A DNA stretch of 64,000 nt from Oceanispirochaeta sp. GTDB lineage: Bacteria; Spirochaetota; Spirochaetia; DSM-2461. A program made the position numbers and the translations under genes. Location of the stretch: the NCBI GenBank assembly GCA_963666275.2, contig CAXXOA010000001.1, positions 1,696,001 through 1,760,000 on the forward strand. The letters are read 5' to 3'. Below are positions 19,781 to 29,654 of the stretch, piece by piece. Position 1 is the first letter of the stretch. Each line of letters begins with the position of its first letter. The notes under the pieces were generated by a model. That model made no database searches, had not been told where the DNA came from, and saw only the letters and a program-made list of their open reading frames with translations.

Positions 19781-21868
19781 TTAAAGGGTGCCCGATAAAT
19801 CCTGAATCTGTGCCATATTGGCATCGGAGAGTCGAAGGATCTCCTGGAGGTTCCGCTCCAGAATCCCAATGGATTCATTCATGGAGCCCGACGCATTGAG
19901 CACCTGGCCGGAGTTCTCTTTCAGTTCACTCAAGGCCGTATTTACCTGTTTATTCCCCGCGGCCATCTGATCTGTATGGACCAGGAACTCCTGAAGGGCC
20001 TGGGATATATTCTGCATCTCCTGCAGAACCAGACCGATATTTTCTCCTGTCTTTCCTGAAAAGTCAGAGGTTTCCTGAACTTTGTACTGAATCTCTCCAA
20101 TAAGAGAACTCACATCCTTCACATTATTCTCTGTTGTTTCTGCAAGTTTTTTGATCTCCGATGCCACTACGGAGAACCCTTTTCCCGATTCTCCCGCATG
20201 GGCCGCCTCTATGGCTGCGTTCATGGAGAGGAGGCTGGTCTTATCGGCGACTTCACTGATGAGCAGGATCAGATTTCCTATCCCCGAAATGGATTTTGTT
20301 ATCTCCGCAATGGAGGAAACTGTGTATTTCAGATCTTTTTCCCCGGTTCTGACAGAGCTGTCCAGGTTTTCCAGGGCTTCCTGACGGGTTTTGGAAATGC
20401 GGGAAAGATTTCCCAGAGCCCGGACCATCTCTTCAATGGCAGCAGAGGACTCCTGAAGGCTGGCAGTCTGGAGGGTAACGGAACTGTTCACCTCTTCCAC
20501 AGACTGGTTCATATTGGTGATGAGGTTTTTGCAGCTGTTGATTCTTTCGTGCAGCCTGCTGTAGAGATCCATCACGGTCTCTTTTTCTTCCAGAATAATT
20601 TTATGTCTGTAATGATGGCAGTTTTCAGGTTTATTCAGACCGTTGAATATGGCTACAGCCATTCCCTCGCAGCTGCCGTAACCGCAGGCGGCGCATTGAA
20701 GAAAATCCGCCTCACAGGTTTTTTTCATATCACTGTAAATCTGATTCAGCTGATTTCTGTCGGGCTGCCGGATCAGCAGACGGGAAGAAAGATCCTGGTA
20801 ATCTCTTTGAAAATCTCCGGGATGCCAGAGGGCGCTGATGGACCTGCCGACTTTTTTACCGGCTGATTTTTCTTTCCGCACTGTAGGGACAAAGCGCTTT
20901 TCCACACGGGAGGCCAGTAGATCATGGGATGTTTTCTGATGACGGGTCCCGGGGCCGCCGTTGCAGCCGTTTTCGCAATTCAGGCAGTCGATAAGAAGGG
21001 GAGCATATTTCCCTTTTATGGCATCAGGAAGATCCTGGAGATAACTGTATATACCCTGGCCTTCAATTTTTTTTGTTTTAAAGGCTATGCCGGGTTCATC
21101 CCTGTCAGCTGTAAGCATCAGTCCGCCGGGTGTTGAAAATCTGACAGCCCTTTCGGCAGAGGGGCCTGTAAATTCAGCGGGTTTAAACTTTCTCAGGCTG
21201 ATTTTCTTTTGTTCAATCCACTCTTCCAGGCTTCTCAGTGTCACATTGTAATCTCCGTGGCCTGTATCGAGGAATTCCCTTTTTTTTGCCAGGCAGGGAG
21301 AGACAATCAGAGTTTTATATTCTTTGTACTCAGGCCAGTTCTTTCTGATCATTTTTAATGTATGTACCATGGGGCTGTCCGCAGGAGCGAGGTAGGGTAT
21401 CAGCTCGGGCTGATACATTTCAATATAGGAAACAATGGAAGGGCAGGGCTGGGCAATGACACATTCCGGGCGGGATTCTTTTATATAGTTCAGATAGGAT
21501 TTCACTGTCAGTTCCGCTCCCAGAGAAACATCAAAAAAAGCGGCGACTCCCAGGCTTTTAAGATAACCCAGCAGATTCGGCCATGTATCAGGAAGACTGG
21601 CGGCAATCGCCGGGGCAGCAATGCCAATTATTTTCTCACCCTTCTGCAGAGCCTCCATGAATGGAGAAAAATCATCCAGCCAGGAACGGGCCTTATGATC
21701 ACAGGCTTCGATACAGTGTCCGCAGCCTATACAGAGGTCATGATTGATACTGACTGTCTTACCTGAACCGTCTATGCAGTATTTGACAGGACAGATGCTG
21801 ATGCATTTATGACAGTTTATGCAATTCTCTTCCACAATCGATATAACAGGAGTTATTGCTTTCTGCAT
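19781..21868 (-). CDS. Cytoplasmic chemoreceptor: 2x[4Fe-4S] ferredoxin, [FeFe]-hydrogenase-like domain, Fe-S domain and MCP signalling domain
   Basis: [12 protein letters not shown] and [47 protein letters not shown]...[32 protein letters not shown]; no TM helices. Confidence 0.88.
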   Translation of the reverse strand: MQKAITPVISIVEENCINCHKCISICPVKYCIDGSGKTVSINHDLCIGCGHCIEACDHKARSWLDDFSPFMEALQKGEKIIGIAAPAIAASLPDTWPNLLGYLKSLGVAAFFDVSLGAELTVKSYLNYIKESRPECVIAQPCPSIVSYIEMYQPELIPYLAPADSPMVHTLKMIRKNWPEYKEYKTLIVSPCLAKKREFLDTGHGDYNVTLRSLEEWIEQKKISLRKFKPAEFTGPSAERAVRFSTPGGLMLTADRDEPGIAFKTKKIEGQGIYSYLQDLPDAIKGKYAPLLIDCLNCENGCNGGPGTRHQKTSHDLLASRVEKRFVPTVRKEKSAGKKVGRSISALWHPGDFQRDYQDLSSRLLIRQPDRNQLNQIYSDMKKTCEADFLQCAACGYGSCEGMAVAIFNGLNKPENCHHYRHKIILEEKETVMDLYSRLHERINSCKNLITNMNQSVEEVNSSVTLQTASLQESSAAIEEMVRALGNLSRISKTRQEALENLDSSVRTGEKDLKYTVSSIAEITKSISGIGNLILLISEVADKTSLLSMNAAIEAAHAGESGKGFSVVASEIKKLAETTENNVKDVSSLIGEIQYKVQETSDFSGKTGENIGLVLQEMQNISQALQEFLVHTDQMAAGNKQVNTALSELKENSGQVLNASGSMNESIGILERNLQEILRLSDANMAQIQDLSGTL

Positions 21869-22125
21869 TGCGTACCCTTCTTCAATGGAAATTGTTTTTC
21901 ATAGATGATTTAATGTATACTGTTTGCTTTATAAGTATATTTCCAGGGGAAAGTAATTTCCAGAAGATTTGTTTTTGTGTTTATTTATTACGCCCCCTTT
22001 CATTCAGCCTGTTCCCATTACAGGAAAAGTTTATGGCCTGTTTCCCTTTCCTGTAAAAAAGTAGGAATTATTTTTTTGAAAATCCCGGGTAATTCCATAC
22101 TATTTAAAGGAAGAGGAAAACTTAT

Positions 22126-24372
22126 ATGGAAAAGAAAATCGCTTTCAGTATTAGAAAAAAAGCTCTTATATTGAATCTCTTCCTTCCTCTGCTGCTTTTT
22201 CTTGCCGGTTCTTCGGTAATTTTTAAAGTGCAGTATGAAATTTCATTCGAAGAGAAACGCTATCAGATGGAACAGGTGGGTTATCTTATCCGCGATAACC
22301 TGACCATACCGGTGGTTCAGATGTTCCAGACTCTTCAGGGGGCCTCCACGCATCCGGATCTCATCTCTTTCCTTGAAAATATACCGGATACTCTGGACTA
22401 TAGTCTGCTTCGGGAAACCCCCGGGTATGAACATATACAGCAGTTTTTCCAATCCCTCATCGGAGAAAAACCTGTTTCACTGCTCTATGCCGCATCCGAA
22501 AATAGCAGGGGGTTTATTGCCGACAGGGAACCTGAGCTGCCAGACTGGTACGATGCCCGAGAACGCGGCTGGTACACTCTGACCGAAGAGGAGTGGAACA
22601 GATGGGCTTCACGGCATGCCGATCAGCCCCGGTATACCATGGACGGGATGAATCGGAATAACAGTTTTACCATTACAGAACCCTATCCCAATGCGATCGA
22701 AGGCGAAGAGAGCCTGGCCATAACCATTGCGCATATATTACTGGACCGGAATCAGGCGGTGAGAGGTGTGATTGCCATGGATTACAGCATCATGGGGATC
22801 ATTGAGATGCTTGAATCCACAGAAAAGCGATACGGCATTCAGATTGTCCTCTATTCGGCTAGAACGGGAGATCTTATCTGGGATAAAGAGTCGGGAATGG
22901 CCGATCCGGAAAATCCCTTGACTCTCAATCAGAAAGTGGAGAGTTACGGTTTCGAAGGAGAAGAGGCTGCCGTACTCTCAGAAACCATTACCAGGGATAA
23001 TCTTGCTTTCTACGAAGGAAAAACCCGGAAATTCGGTGCCTCTCTGTTCCATTCCATCCATATCCCCGGCACTCCCTGGGGAATCATTGTGATTAAACCG
23101 AAGAGTGAAATTTCCGAACGGCTGATCCGGGAGATTGCTCCGCCGTTAATTGGGGTGGGAATCTTCTTTCTTTCCATCATGACCGCTGGATTCCTTGTGC
23201 TCATCAGAATTATCATTCGCCCCCTCAGTGAAACCTCCACTAACCTGGAAGTTCTCTCTTCGGGAGAAGGGGACCTGACAAGCAGACTCCCTGTCCGGTC
23301 GGCAGACGAACTGGGACATCTGAGCAGCAGCTTCAATCTGTTTGTATCAAAGCTCTCGGATATGATAAACAATATCAAAGAAGCTCTGGACGGTATGGAG
23401 GAGATCAAGGAGAACATCCTATCCTCAACAGAAGAGACTACAGGCGCTGTGGAACAGATCGGCGCCAACATATCCTCACTGGGGAACCAGATGCACAATC
23501 TGGATGACAATCTGGGAGCCAATTCGCTCTCAATGGAGAATATAAGCCGGAATATTGAAAATTTCGATCTTCAGATTGCCAATCAGGCCGCCATGGTGGA
23601 GGAATCCACCGCAGCGATTACTCAGATGATCGCATCTCTTAATAATGTCTCCCAGGTAACCGTGTCCAAAAAGAATACCACAGGGAAACTGGGAGCTGTG
23701 GCTCTGGAAGGTAAGAATCAGCTCAATGAAACATCACAGGCTTTTAAAAATGTAGTTGAGAATATGGACCGGATCAAAGAGATGGCCAATGCCATAAATA
23801 AAATAGCCTCCCAGACAAATCTCCTTTCCATGAATGCGGCGATTGAAGCGGCTCATGCGGGAGATTCGGGAAAAGGTTTTGCCGTAGTGGCAGAAGAGAT
23901 CCGTAAACTGGCGGATTCCTCGGGGACTTCCTCCCGGAACATAACCGAACTGATCAAGCAGATAGCCGATGGGATTACCGAAACGGAAGAAAAGGTGAAT
24001 ACAACCAACAGAGCCTTTGACCAGATCAACAATGAGATCAATTCAACCATCAATGCGTTCAGTGAAATCGAGATTTCCGTATCAGAACTGAACCAGGGGG
24101 GACAGCAGATTCTGGAATCTTCCGAAGAGATCAATAATGCCACTGTTACAATCCGTGACGGTTCCATAGAGATCAAAAACGGAATACAATCGATTCTGGA
24201 CTCTTCAGAAGAACTGAAAAATATATCAGGCAGGGTGAACGGAGCTTCAAGAGAAGTGAAAGCCGGTTCCGATGAAATCCTGACCTCCATGCAGCTTATT
24301 ATGCAGTTGGGCACCCAGCTGAATGATATCGTTATAGAGCTGCGGGAACAGTTCGGCAGATTTAAAACTTGA
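22126..24372 (+). CDS. Methyl-accepting chemotaxis protein (TM-dCache-TM-HAMP-MCP)
   Basis: Two TM helices; [64 protein letters not shown]. Confidence 0.93.
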   Translation: MEKKIAFSIRKKALILNLFLPLLLFLAGSSVIFKVQYEISFEEKRYQMEQVGYLIRDNLTIPVVQMFQTLQGASTHPDLISFLENIPDTLDYSLLRETPGYEHIQQFFQSLIGEKPVSLLYAASENSRGFIADREPELPDWYDARERGWYTLTEEEWNRWASRHADQPRYTMDGMNRNNSFTITEPYPNAIEGEESLAITIAHILLDRNQAVRGVIAMDYSIMGIIEMLESTEKRYGIQIVLYSARTGDLIWDKESGMADPENPLTLNQKVESYGFEGEEAAVLSETITRDNLAFYEGKTRKFGASLFHSIHIPGTPWGIIVIKPKSEISERLIREIAPPLIGVGIFFLSIMTAGFLVLIRIIIRPLSETSTNLEVLSSGEGDLTSRLPVRSADELGHLSSSFNLFVSKLSDMINNIKEALDGMEEIKENILSSTEETTGAVEQIGANISSLGNQMHNLDDNLGANSLSMENISRNIENFDLQIANQAAMVEESTAAITQMIASLNNVSQVTVSKKNTTGKLGAVALEGKNQLNETSQAFKNVVENMDRIKEMANAINKIASQTNLLSMNAAIEAAHAGDSGKGFAVVAEEIRKLADSSGTSSRNITELIKQIADGITETEEKVNTTNRAFDQINNEINSTINAFSEIEISVSELNQGGQQILESSEEINNATVTIRDGSIEIKNGIQSILDSSEELKNISGRVNGASREVKAGSDEILTSMQLIMQLGTQLNDIVIELREQFGRFKT

Positions 24373-24406
24373 AGGGTCCAAATGATGAAACGACCGGAGA
24401 CTGCTG

Positions 24407-25108
24407 TTGAAAGAAGAAGAGCTCTATCTGCCTTTGAAAAAATACCTGGAACATCAGGGGTATTCCGTCAGCGGGGAAGTTAAAGATTGCGATCTTGCCG
24501 CAGTCAAGGATGAAGAAATCATTCTGATAGAGTTGAAAACCCGGGTAACCACCACTCTTCTGATCCAGGCGGCCAGAAGGAAAGATATCTGTGATTCCGT
24601 TTATATTGCGGTGCCTGTGCCTCAGGGGAAACAGTCCCTGCCCAATTACCGGGGGCTGAAGAATCTTCTTCAGCGCATGGAAGTGGGGCTGATACTTGTC
24701 AGGTTCATGAAAACCAGGACAAGAGTGGAAATTGTCTTGCATCCCCGGACCTTTGAAAAAAGGGTTCGTCATAAGAAAAAAAAGGCTATTCTCAAAGAGA
24801 TCAACAGCCGGTACGCAGAGTTTCAGAACGGAGGGATTCCCACTGACAGGGAAAGAATGACCGCCTATAAACAGGAAGCCCTGCGGATTGCTTTTTTTCT
24901 GAAAGAATCCAGTCCTCTCTCACCGGCTCAGTTGAGAGAGAGGGGAACCCGGTCGGATAAAACACAGCAGATCCTTGCAGGGAATGTGTACGGATGGTTT
25001 GAACGGATTGCCCGGGGGCAGTATTGTCTCAATGATGCGGGTATGGTGGCGCTGTCACGGTATGAATCGGAATATCCCGGAATCAAAGAAAAGCTGAAGC
25101 TTCCCTGA
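24407..25108 (+). CDS. DUF2161-like putative PD-(D/E)XK nuclease-fold protein
   Basis: MKEEELYLPLK...GEVKDCDLAAVK...IELK; TAYKQEAL; NVYGWFERIARGQY. Confidence 0.8.
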   Translation: MKEEELYLPLKKYLEHQGYSVSGEVKDCDLAAVKDEEIILIELKTRVTTTLLIQAARRKDICDSVYIAVPVPQGKQSLPNYRGLKNLLQRMEVGLILVRFMKTRTRVEIVLHPRTFEKRVRHKKKKAILKEINSRYAEFQNGGIPTDRERMTAYKQEALRIAFFLKESSPLSPAQLRERGTRSDKTQQILAGNVYGWFERIARGQYCLNDAGMVALSRYESEYPGIKEKLKLP

Positions 25109-25200
25109 AGGGCAGATGGGAAATGCTCTTTCTGCTGTTCAGAGACGCCGGAATTTGCCATTCCTGTTATGAAAAATAAAAAAAGATAGTAAACCATAAA

Positions 25201-25234
25201 AAAACACCCCGCGAAAAACTTCGGGGGGTGTTTT
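25201..25234. terminator. Bidirectional intrinsic terminator
   Basis: AAAACACCCC...GGGGTGTTTT between convergent genes. Confidence 0.8.
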
Positions 25235-25270
25235 AAATTCTCTTTTATGGAAAAAGATTTTTTATCAGTA

Positions 25271-26707
25271 TCAGCTGTTCTCTTTCTTCAGTCCGCTAAT
25301 GATATAGTCGATAACATCGGAGGCAGAAAAATCTGTCTTCTGTTTCAGGAGATCTTTCAGAGCATCCACTTTCGTACCCATGGTGATCAGAGCTTTTTCA
25401 ATGGTTCCGTCTTTATATATGGAGGGCATTCCCACTGTCGCGAGAAGGGCATTGCAGAGGCAGCGTTTCCCTTCGGTGTTTTCGTTGGTGACACCGCCTT
25501 TCTTTTCGAACTCCTCTTTGCTTTCAGCAGGACATCTGTAGCCTACAGAACCATCCTCTTTTTTATAGAGATTTCTCAGATACCCTAGATTGCAGATCTT
25601 CTTTCTGTTTTCAAACAGATTTTTATCGGCAATCGTATCAAACATACGCATGACTTTGAAGGGAAATCCTGTGGGAGAGGCCTTTACGTCGGTATAGATT
25701 TTTTTATCCTCACCAGTGATGGATCTGATAATCTTTTTTCTCAGGTCGGGAAAAATTCCTGATTCCCGGCAGAGAGCGAAGGCGGATCCAACCTGAATAC
25801 CGGCGGCGCCGTTTTTCAGAGCTTCCCTGAGTCTGGATGGTTCTCCGTAGGATCCTGCCAGCCAGAAAGGAACCCCCAGTTCCCGGATCTTCTCAATATC
25901 AACCTGGTCCCGGTCTCCATAGACAGGTTCGCCTTTGTCATCAAGAACCATTTTTCCTCTGGGAGGGGCATTATGGCCTCCGGCTTCATGATTTTCTATT
26001 ATCAGACCGTCGATAGGTCCTGTCGCTTTCTTTGTCATAAGAGTCGCCAGAAAATTGGAGGAAACGATGGGAAGAAACTGGGGCTTCTTCAAAGTCGGCA
26101 GCTTGCTTCCGAAGAGTGCCGCAGCATCGAAGGAGGAGAAAAAACTATCCTCTTTCGTAGCGTTCTCCACATTCAGCTTCAGAGAAGCTTTACAGGTTTC
26201 GACCATTTTTTTTATAATTCCGGGAAACTCAAGAGGAATGCCCGCTCCGACGATGACATAATCGATTCCAGCCAGAAGTGCTCCATAAAGGGAGGGGAGA
26301 CTGGGAAGCTGTACTTTCTCCAGATAATTCACACCGACTTTACCGGAATGACCCTCTTTGGCAAGAAAGGTTTCTACAAAATTGGCTATAACTGTCAATT
26401 CGTTCAGGCTGTTGTTGTTTTCAAGACGAAACAGCGGGAGCTGTTTGTAATGGTTTTTCTCTTTCAGACCGCCGGGAATAAAATATTTATCCATAACCCG
26501 TTTTGCCGCATCTTTAAAAGGAAAAGCATCAAGGGCTCTTCTCATATGCCCTTCTGGATCACCATCCTGCAGCCTTCTGGCCAGAACGCTGTCCAGACTG
26601 GTTCCGGAAATAACACCCAGCTGTCCTGTTTTTGATACTTCTCTGGCCAGCCGCCAGTTGGATACTCCGATCCCCATTCCGCCCTGTATGATTAATGGTT
26701 GACTCAT
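25271..26707 (-). CDS. Nitronate monooxygenase/FabK-like FMN oxidoreductase with C-terminal Cys residues
   Basis: PLIIQGGMGIGVS, EAGGH, GAAGIQVGSAF, ASPTGFPF; C-terminal CNLG, CPAE, CLCN. Confidence 0.85.
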   Translation of the reverse strand: MSQPLIIQGGMGIGVSNWRLAREVSKTGQLGVISGTSLDSVLARRLQDGDPEGHMRRALDAFPFKDAAKRVMDKYFIPGGLKEKNHYKQLPLFRLENNNSLNELTVIANFVETFLAKEGHSGKVGVNYLEKVQLPSLPSLYGALLAGIDYVIVGAGIPLEFPGIIKKMVETCKASLKLNVENATKEDSFFSSFDAAALFGSKLPTLKKPQFLPIVSSNFLATLMTKKATGPIDGLIIENHEAGGHNAPPRGKMVLDDKGEPVYGDRDQVDIEKIRELGVPFWLAGSYGEPSRLREALKNGAAGIQVGSAFALCRESGIFPDLRKKIIRSITGEDKKIYTDVKASPTGFPFKVMRMFDTIADKNLFENRKKICNLGYLRNLYKKEDGSVGYRCPAESKEEFEKKGGVTNENTEGKRCLCNALLATVGMPSIYKDGTIEKALITMGTKVDALKDLLKQKTDFSASDVIDYIISGLKKENS

Positions 26708-26765
26708 GAACGTCCCCTTTATCAGTTTGCCTCATTGTATCTGTGTTTAAGGCAATTGTATAGTT

Positions 26766-26800
26766 TATTTTTGACACTGTAGGTTAAAATGTCAAAAATA
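26766..26800. promoter_or_regulatory. Inverted repeat (11-13-11), putative operator or divergent promoter
   Basis: TATTTTTGACA-N13-TGTCAAAAATA with perfect arms; each arm contains TTGACA. Confidence 0.5.
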
Positions 26801-27002
26801 GTCTCTTTACACTATGCGAAAATACCCACTGAGACAACCCTGCAGAGGGGATAAAAATCAGGAAAAGGAGAATTCCCGGTCGGCCCTGGTATTTACAGAC
26901 CCGGGTAGGGAGCTTTTGTATATTTGGCATTTCAATTCTTAAGATATGAGAGTAATATTAATACATACTCTATTTGTTTAAACCCGCAGGAGGATCATCA
27001 GG

Positions 27003-27929
27003 ATGAATCATAAAGTAATAGAATCTGCAGCAATTATCGGAGCGGGAGCTCTCGGTATTCTTTACGGGGAAGCTCTGAAGCAGCAGCTGGGCAGCAATCT
27101 CTACTATCTGGCAAATGGTTCAAGATTCGATAAAATCAGGGATGGCCATTTTCTTATCAACAGTATTCCCGAAAACTTCTCTGTCCGTCATTCGGACACT
27201 CTTGATGAACTTCCTGATCTTATCATTGTGGCTGTGAAAAATCATCATCTGGAGGAAGCCCTTGAAATTCTGAAAAAAGCAGTAAAACAGGGGTCTATCA
27301 TCCTCTCAGTTCTCAACGGAATCGACAGCGAAGCCTACCTGGAAAAACACTTTCCTCATGCCCATATTCTCTATTCCGTAGCGGTCGGTATGGATGCCGT
27401 CAGGGATTCCAATCAACTGACCTATTCAAGCAAAGGAAAACTCCTACTGGGAGCGAAGGATAATGATACGGAGAATCCGGAACTTCAGAAGCTCTGTCAG
27501 CTTCTGGACAAATGTCATATCCATTATGAAATTCCTGAAGATATTCACCGTTCTCTCTGGTGGAAATGGATGATCAATATAGGTGTCAATCAGGTTTCCG
27601 CTGTGACCGGAGCCAATTACGGGGTTTTTCAGAAAAATGATGATCTCAAAAAACTCATGGAAGCGGCCATGACCGAAACTGTCCTTGTGGCCAGGGCCTG
27701 TGGTGTGGATCTCAGAGAGGAAGATATTACCAATTGGTATCCCATCATGAACGGGCTGGGGCCGGATGGAAAAACGTCCATGCTTCAGGATATTGAAGCC
27801 CGGAGAAAGACCGAAGCCCCCTGGTTCAGCGGCAAACTGATCTCGCTGGCTGAAGAAAAGGGGGTTCCCGTACCGGTTAATCAGACCCTGTACCGGATTA
27901 TCCTGGCCAAAGAGGCCCAGTTCAGTTAA
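27003..27929 (+). CDS. panE: Ketopantoate reductase family protein
   Basis: IIGAGALG, VAVK, LNGI, WWKWMINIGVN, KTSMLQDIEARRKTE. Confidence 0.85.
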   Translation: MNHKVIESAAIIGAGALGILYGEALKQQLGSNLYYLANGSRFDKIRDGHFLINSIPENFSVRHSDTLDELPDLIIVAVKNHHLEEALEILKKAVKQGSIILSVLNGIDSEAYLEKHFPHAHILYSVAVGMDAVRDSNQLTYSSKGKLLLGAKDNDTENPELQKLCQLLDKCHIHYEIPEDIHRSLWWKWMINIGVNQVSAVTGANYGVFQKNDDLKKLMEAAMTETVLVARACGVDLREEDITNWYPIMNGLGPDGKTSMLQDIEARRKTEAPWFSGKLISLAEEKGVPVPVNQTLYRIILAKEAQFS

Positions 27930-28017
27930 AGAATTTCAGAAGAATGAGTGTGAAATATCAAGCTGTTTCCCCATCAACCTGTATGAGAACAGTGGAGAAA
28001 CAGCCTATTCAGCCGTA

Positions 28018-28944
28018 TTATAAATTATCCAGCTTGTCTATTGTTTTATAGGTCTGGGTCCCTTCAAAAAGGTCCGTGTAGGTAAAAAGAGCCTGGAACT
28101 TTTTATTCAGCCCTTTATACACTGTATCTGTGATGGATATATATCCCGGTTCTGCAGCCTGTTTTTCCAGATGAGCAGCCAGATTAATCACCTCTGAAAC
28201 TATTTTTCCCGTATCTGTATGGTAGATCAGTTTTCCATTATGGACACCTATGCGCAGTTTGATAGGGTCCTCAATCGGGTTATTCAGATCAATATTGAAA
28301 AGAGAAATGGTCCTCTGCACTTCAAAAGAGAAGAGGACCGATCTTTCAATCTGATTTTTAAAGGCAAAAGCCAGAATTCCTCCGTCTCCCGCCCAGTTCC
28401 AGATCCTGCCGTCATAGTGAGACAGATGATGACGAAGAAACTTCCAGAGCTGTGTATAGACTTTTTTCATGGTTTTAACCCCATGTTTCTTAACCAGCTC
28501 CGAATTCCCCACAATATCGAGACTCAAGACCGTGACTAGATAGTTTTTTCCGTCTTTCAGGGCTCCCCAGTTGGGCAGTTCCTGAGGATCCTCTTTCAGG
28601 GGGAGGACTTTCCGCTTCCTGATGTCATAGACATAACCGTTCTGCATCAGCTGCTGAAGGAAGTAGTCTATTCCGTCAATACAAAGGGTTCGGCCCAGGA
28701 TGGTGCTGTTGTCCAGCTCCGCCAGGAGTTTGATCAATTCAGCAGTTTTATTATGTTCAACCATATACTCAACAAGTATGGTTGCTGAAAGTCGGGGAGG
28801 TATAGTGACATTTGAGGGCTTTCCGGACAGTTGATTCAGATCAAATCCCTTGGAAAGCATTTTACCTATCTCATCAATCTCTTTTGCCTTGATTGCCAGA
28901 GAGACTGTTTCGATTAATAGGTTTTTTAAAGATGGATCCAGCAT
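28018..28944 (-). CDS. Class III nucleotide cyclase with N-terminal helical domain
   Basis: LSLDIVGNS, WNWAGDG, LRIGVHNG, VINLAAHLEK; GGAG RBS before ATG 28944. Confidence 0.85.
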   Translation of the reverse strand: MLDPSLKNLLIETVSLAIKAKEIDEIGKMLSKGFDLNQLSGKPSNVTIPPRLSATILVEYMVEHNKTAELIKLLAELDNSTILGRTLCIDGIDYFLQQLMQNGYVYDIRKRKVLPLKEDPQELPNWGALKDGKNYLVTVLSLDIVGNSELVKKHGVKTMKKVYTQLWKFLRHHLSHYDGRIWNWAGDGGILAFAFKNQIERSVLFSFEVQRTISLFNIDLNNPIEDPIKLRIGVHNGKLIYHTDTGKIVSEVINLAAHLEKQAAEPGYISITDTVYKGLNKKFQALFTYTDLFEGTQTYKTIDKLDNL

Positions 28945-29119
28945 AGGATACTCCAAAAATAGAAATTCCATGCCATTATAGGAGAATTAATATCTAATAA
29001 CAAGATGGATTAAAATTCTCTTCTTTTTAAACTTATTATATAGTATTACTTTCGATTGGGAAATGTAAAAAAAAAGAATCGATTATAAACCTATTTCTAC
29101 GGGTATACAGGAGCTTCAT

Positions 29120-29653
29120 TTGAAATCATATATTCAGGTCTATACAGGAAATGGAAAGGGTAAAACCACAGCCTCTCTGGGACTGGCTCTGCGGGCTCTG
29201 GGAGCGGGCAAGTCTGTGTTCATCGGACAATTTCTCAAAAACGGCAATTACAGTGAAATAAAAATGCTTGATAAAATAGCTCCACTTCTGGGGCCTGATC
29301 AGAAGCTGGAGGTAAGACAGTACGGGGAGCCCCGTCTCATTAAACAGAAACCCCGACAGGAAGATAGGGATGCCGCCCGGAAAGGATGGGAATCCCTCTG
29401 CGATGCCCTCTCTTCAGAAGATTATGACCTTGTCATCATGGAAGAGATAAATGTGGCAGTTCATATGGATCTTATCTCCGAAGAGGAGGTCCTGCACATA
29501 ATGGACACAAAACCCTCCGGAGTTGAGCTTGTATTGACAGGACGTTATGCAACAGTAAATATAATAAACGCTGCAGACCTGGTGAGTCGTATTGATGATG
29601 TAAAACACTACTACCGGGCAGGAGTCAAAGCCAGGATAGGCATAGAAAGATAG
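29120..29653 (+). CDS. cobO: Cob(I)alamin adenosyltransferase (CobO/BtuR family)
   Basis: YTGNGKGKTTASLGLALRA, QFLK, ELVLTGR, KHYY...ARIGIE; TTG start with AGGAG RBS. Confidence 0.9.
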   Translation: MKSYIQVYTGNGKGKTTASLGLALRALGAGKSVFIGQFLKNGNYSEIKMLDKIAPLLGPDQKLEVRQYGEPRLIKQKPRQEDRDAARKGWESLCDALSSEDYDLVIMEEINVAVHMDLISEEEVLHIMDTKPSGVELVLTGRYATVNIINAADLVSRIDDVKHYYRAGVKARIGIER

Positions 29654-29654
29654 A

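Noticed and set aside
28018..28944. Cyclase as a complete Pycsar or CBASS system
   Set aside because: No adjacent cNMP-binding TIR or TM effector; flanked by panE and cobO. Kept only as an atypical cyclase.
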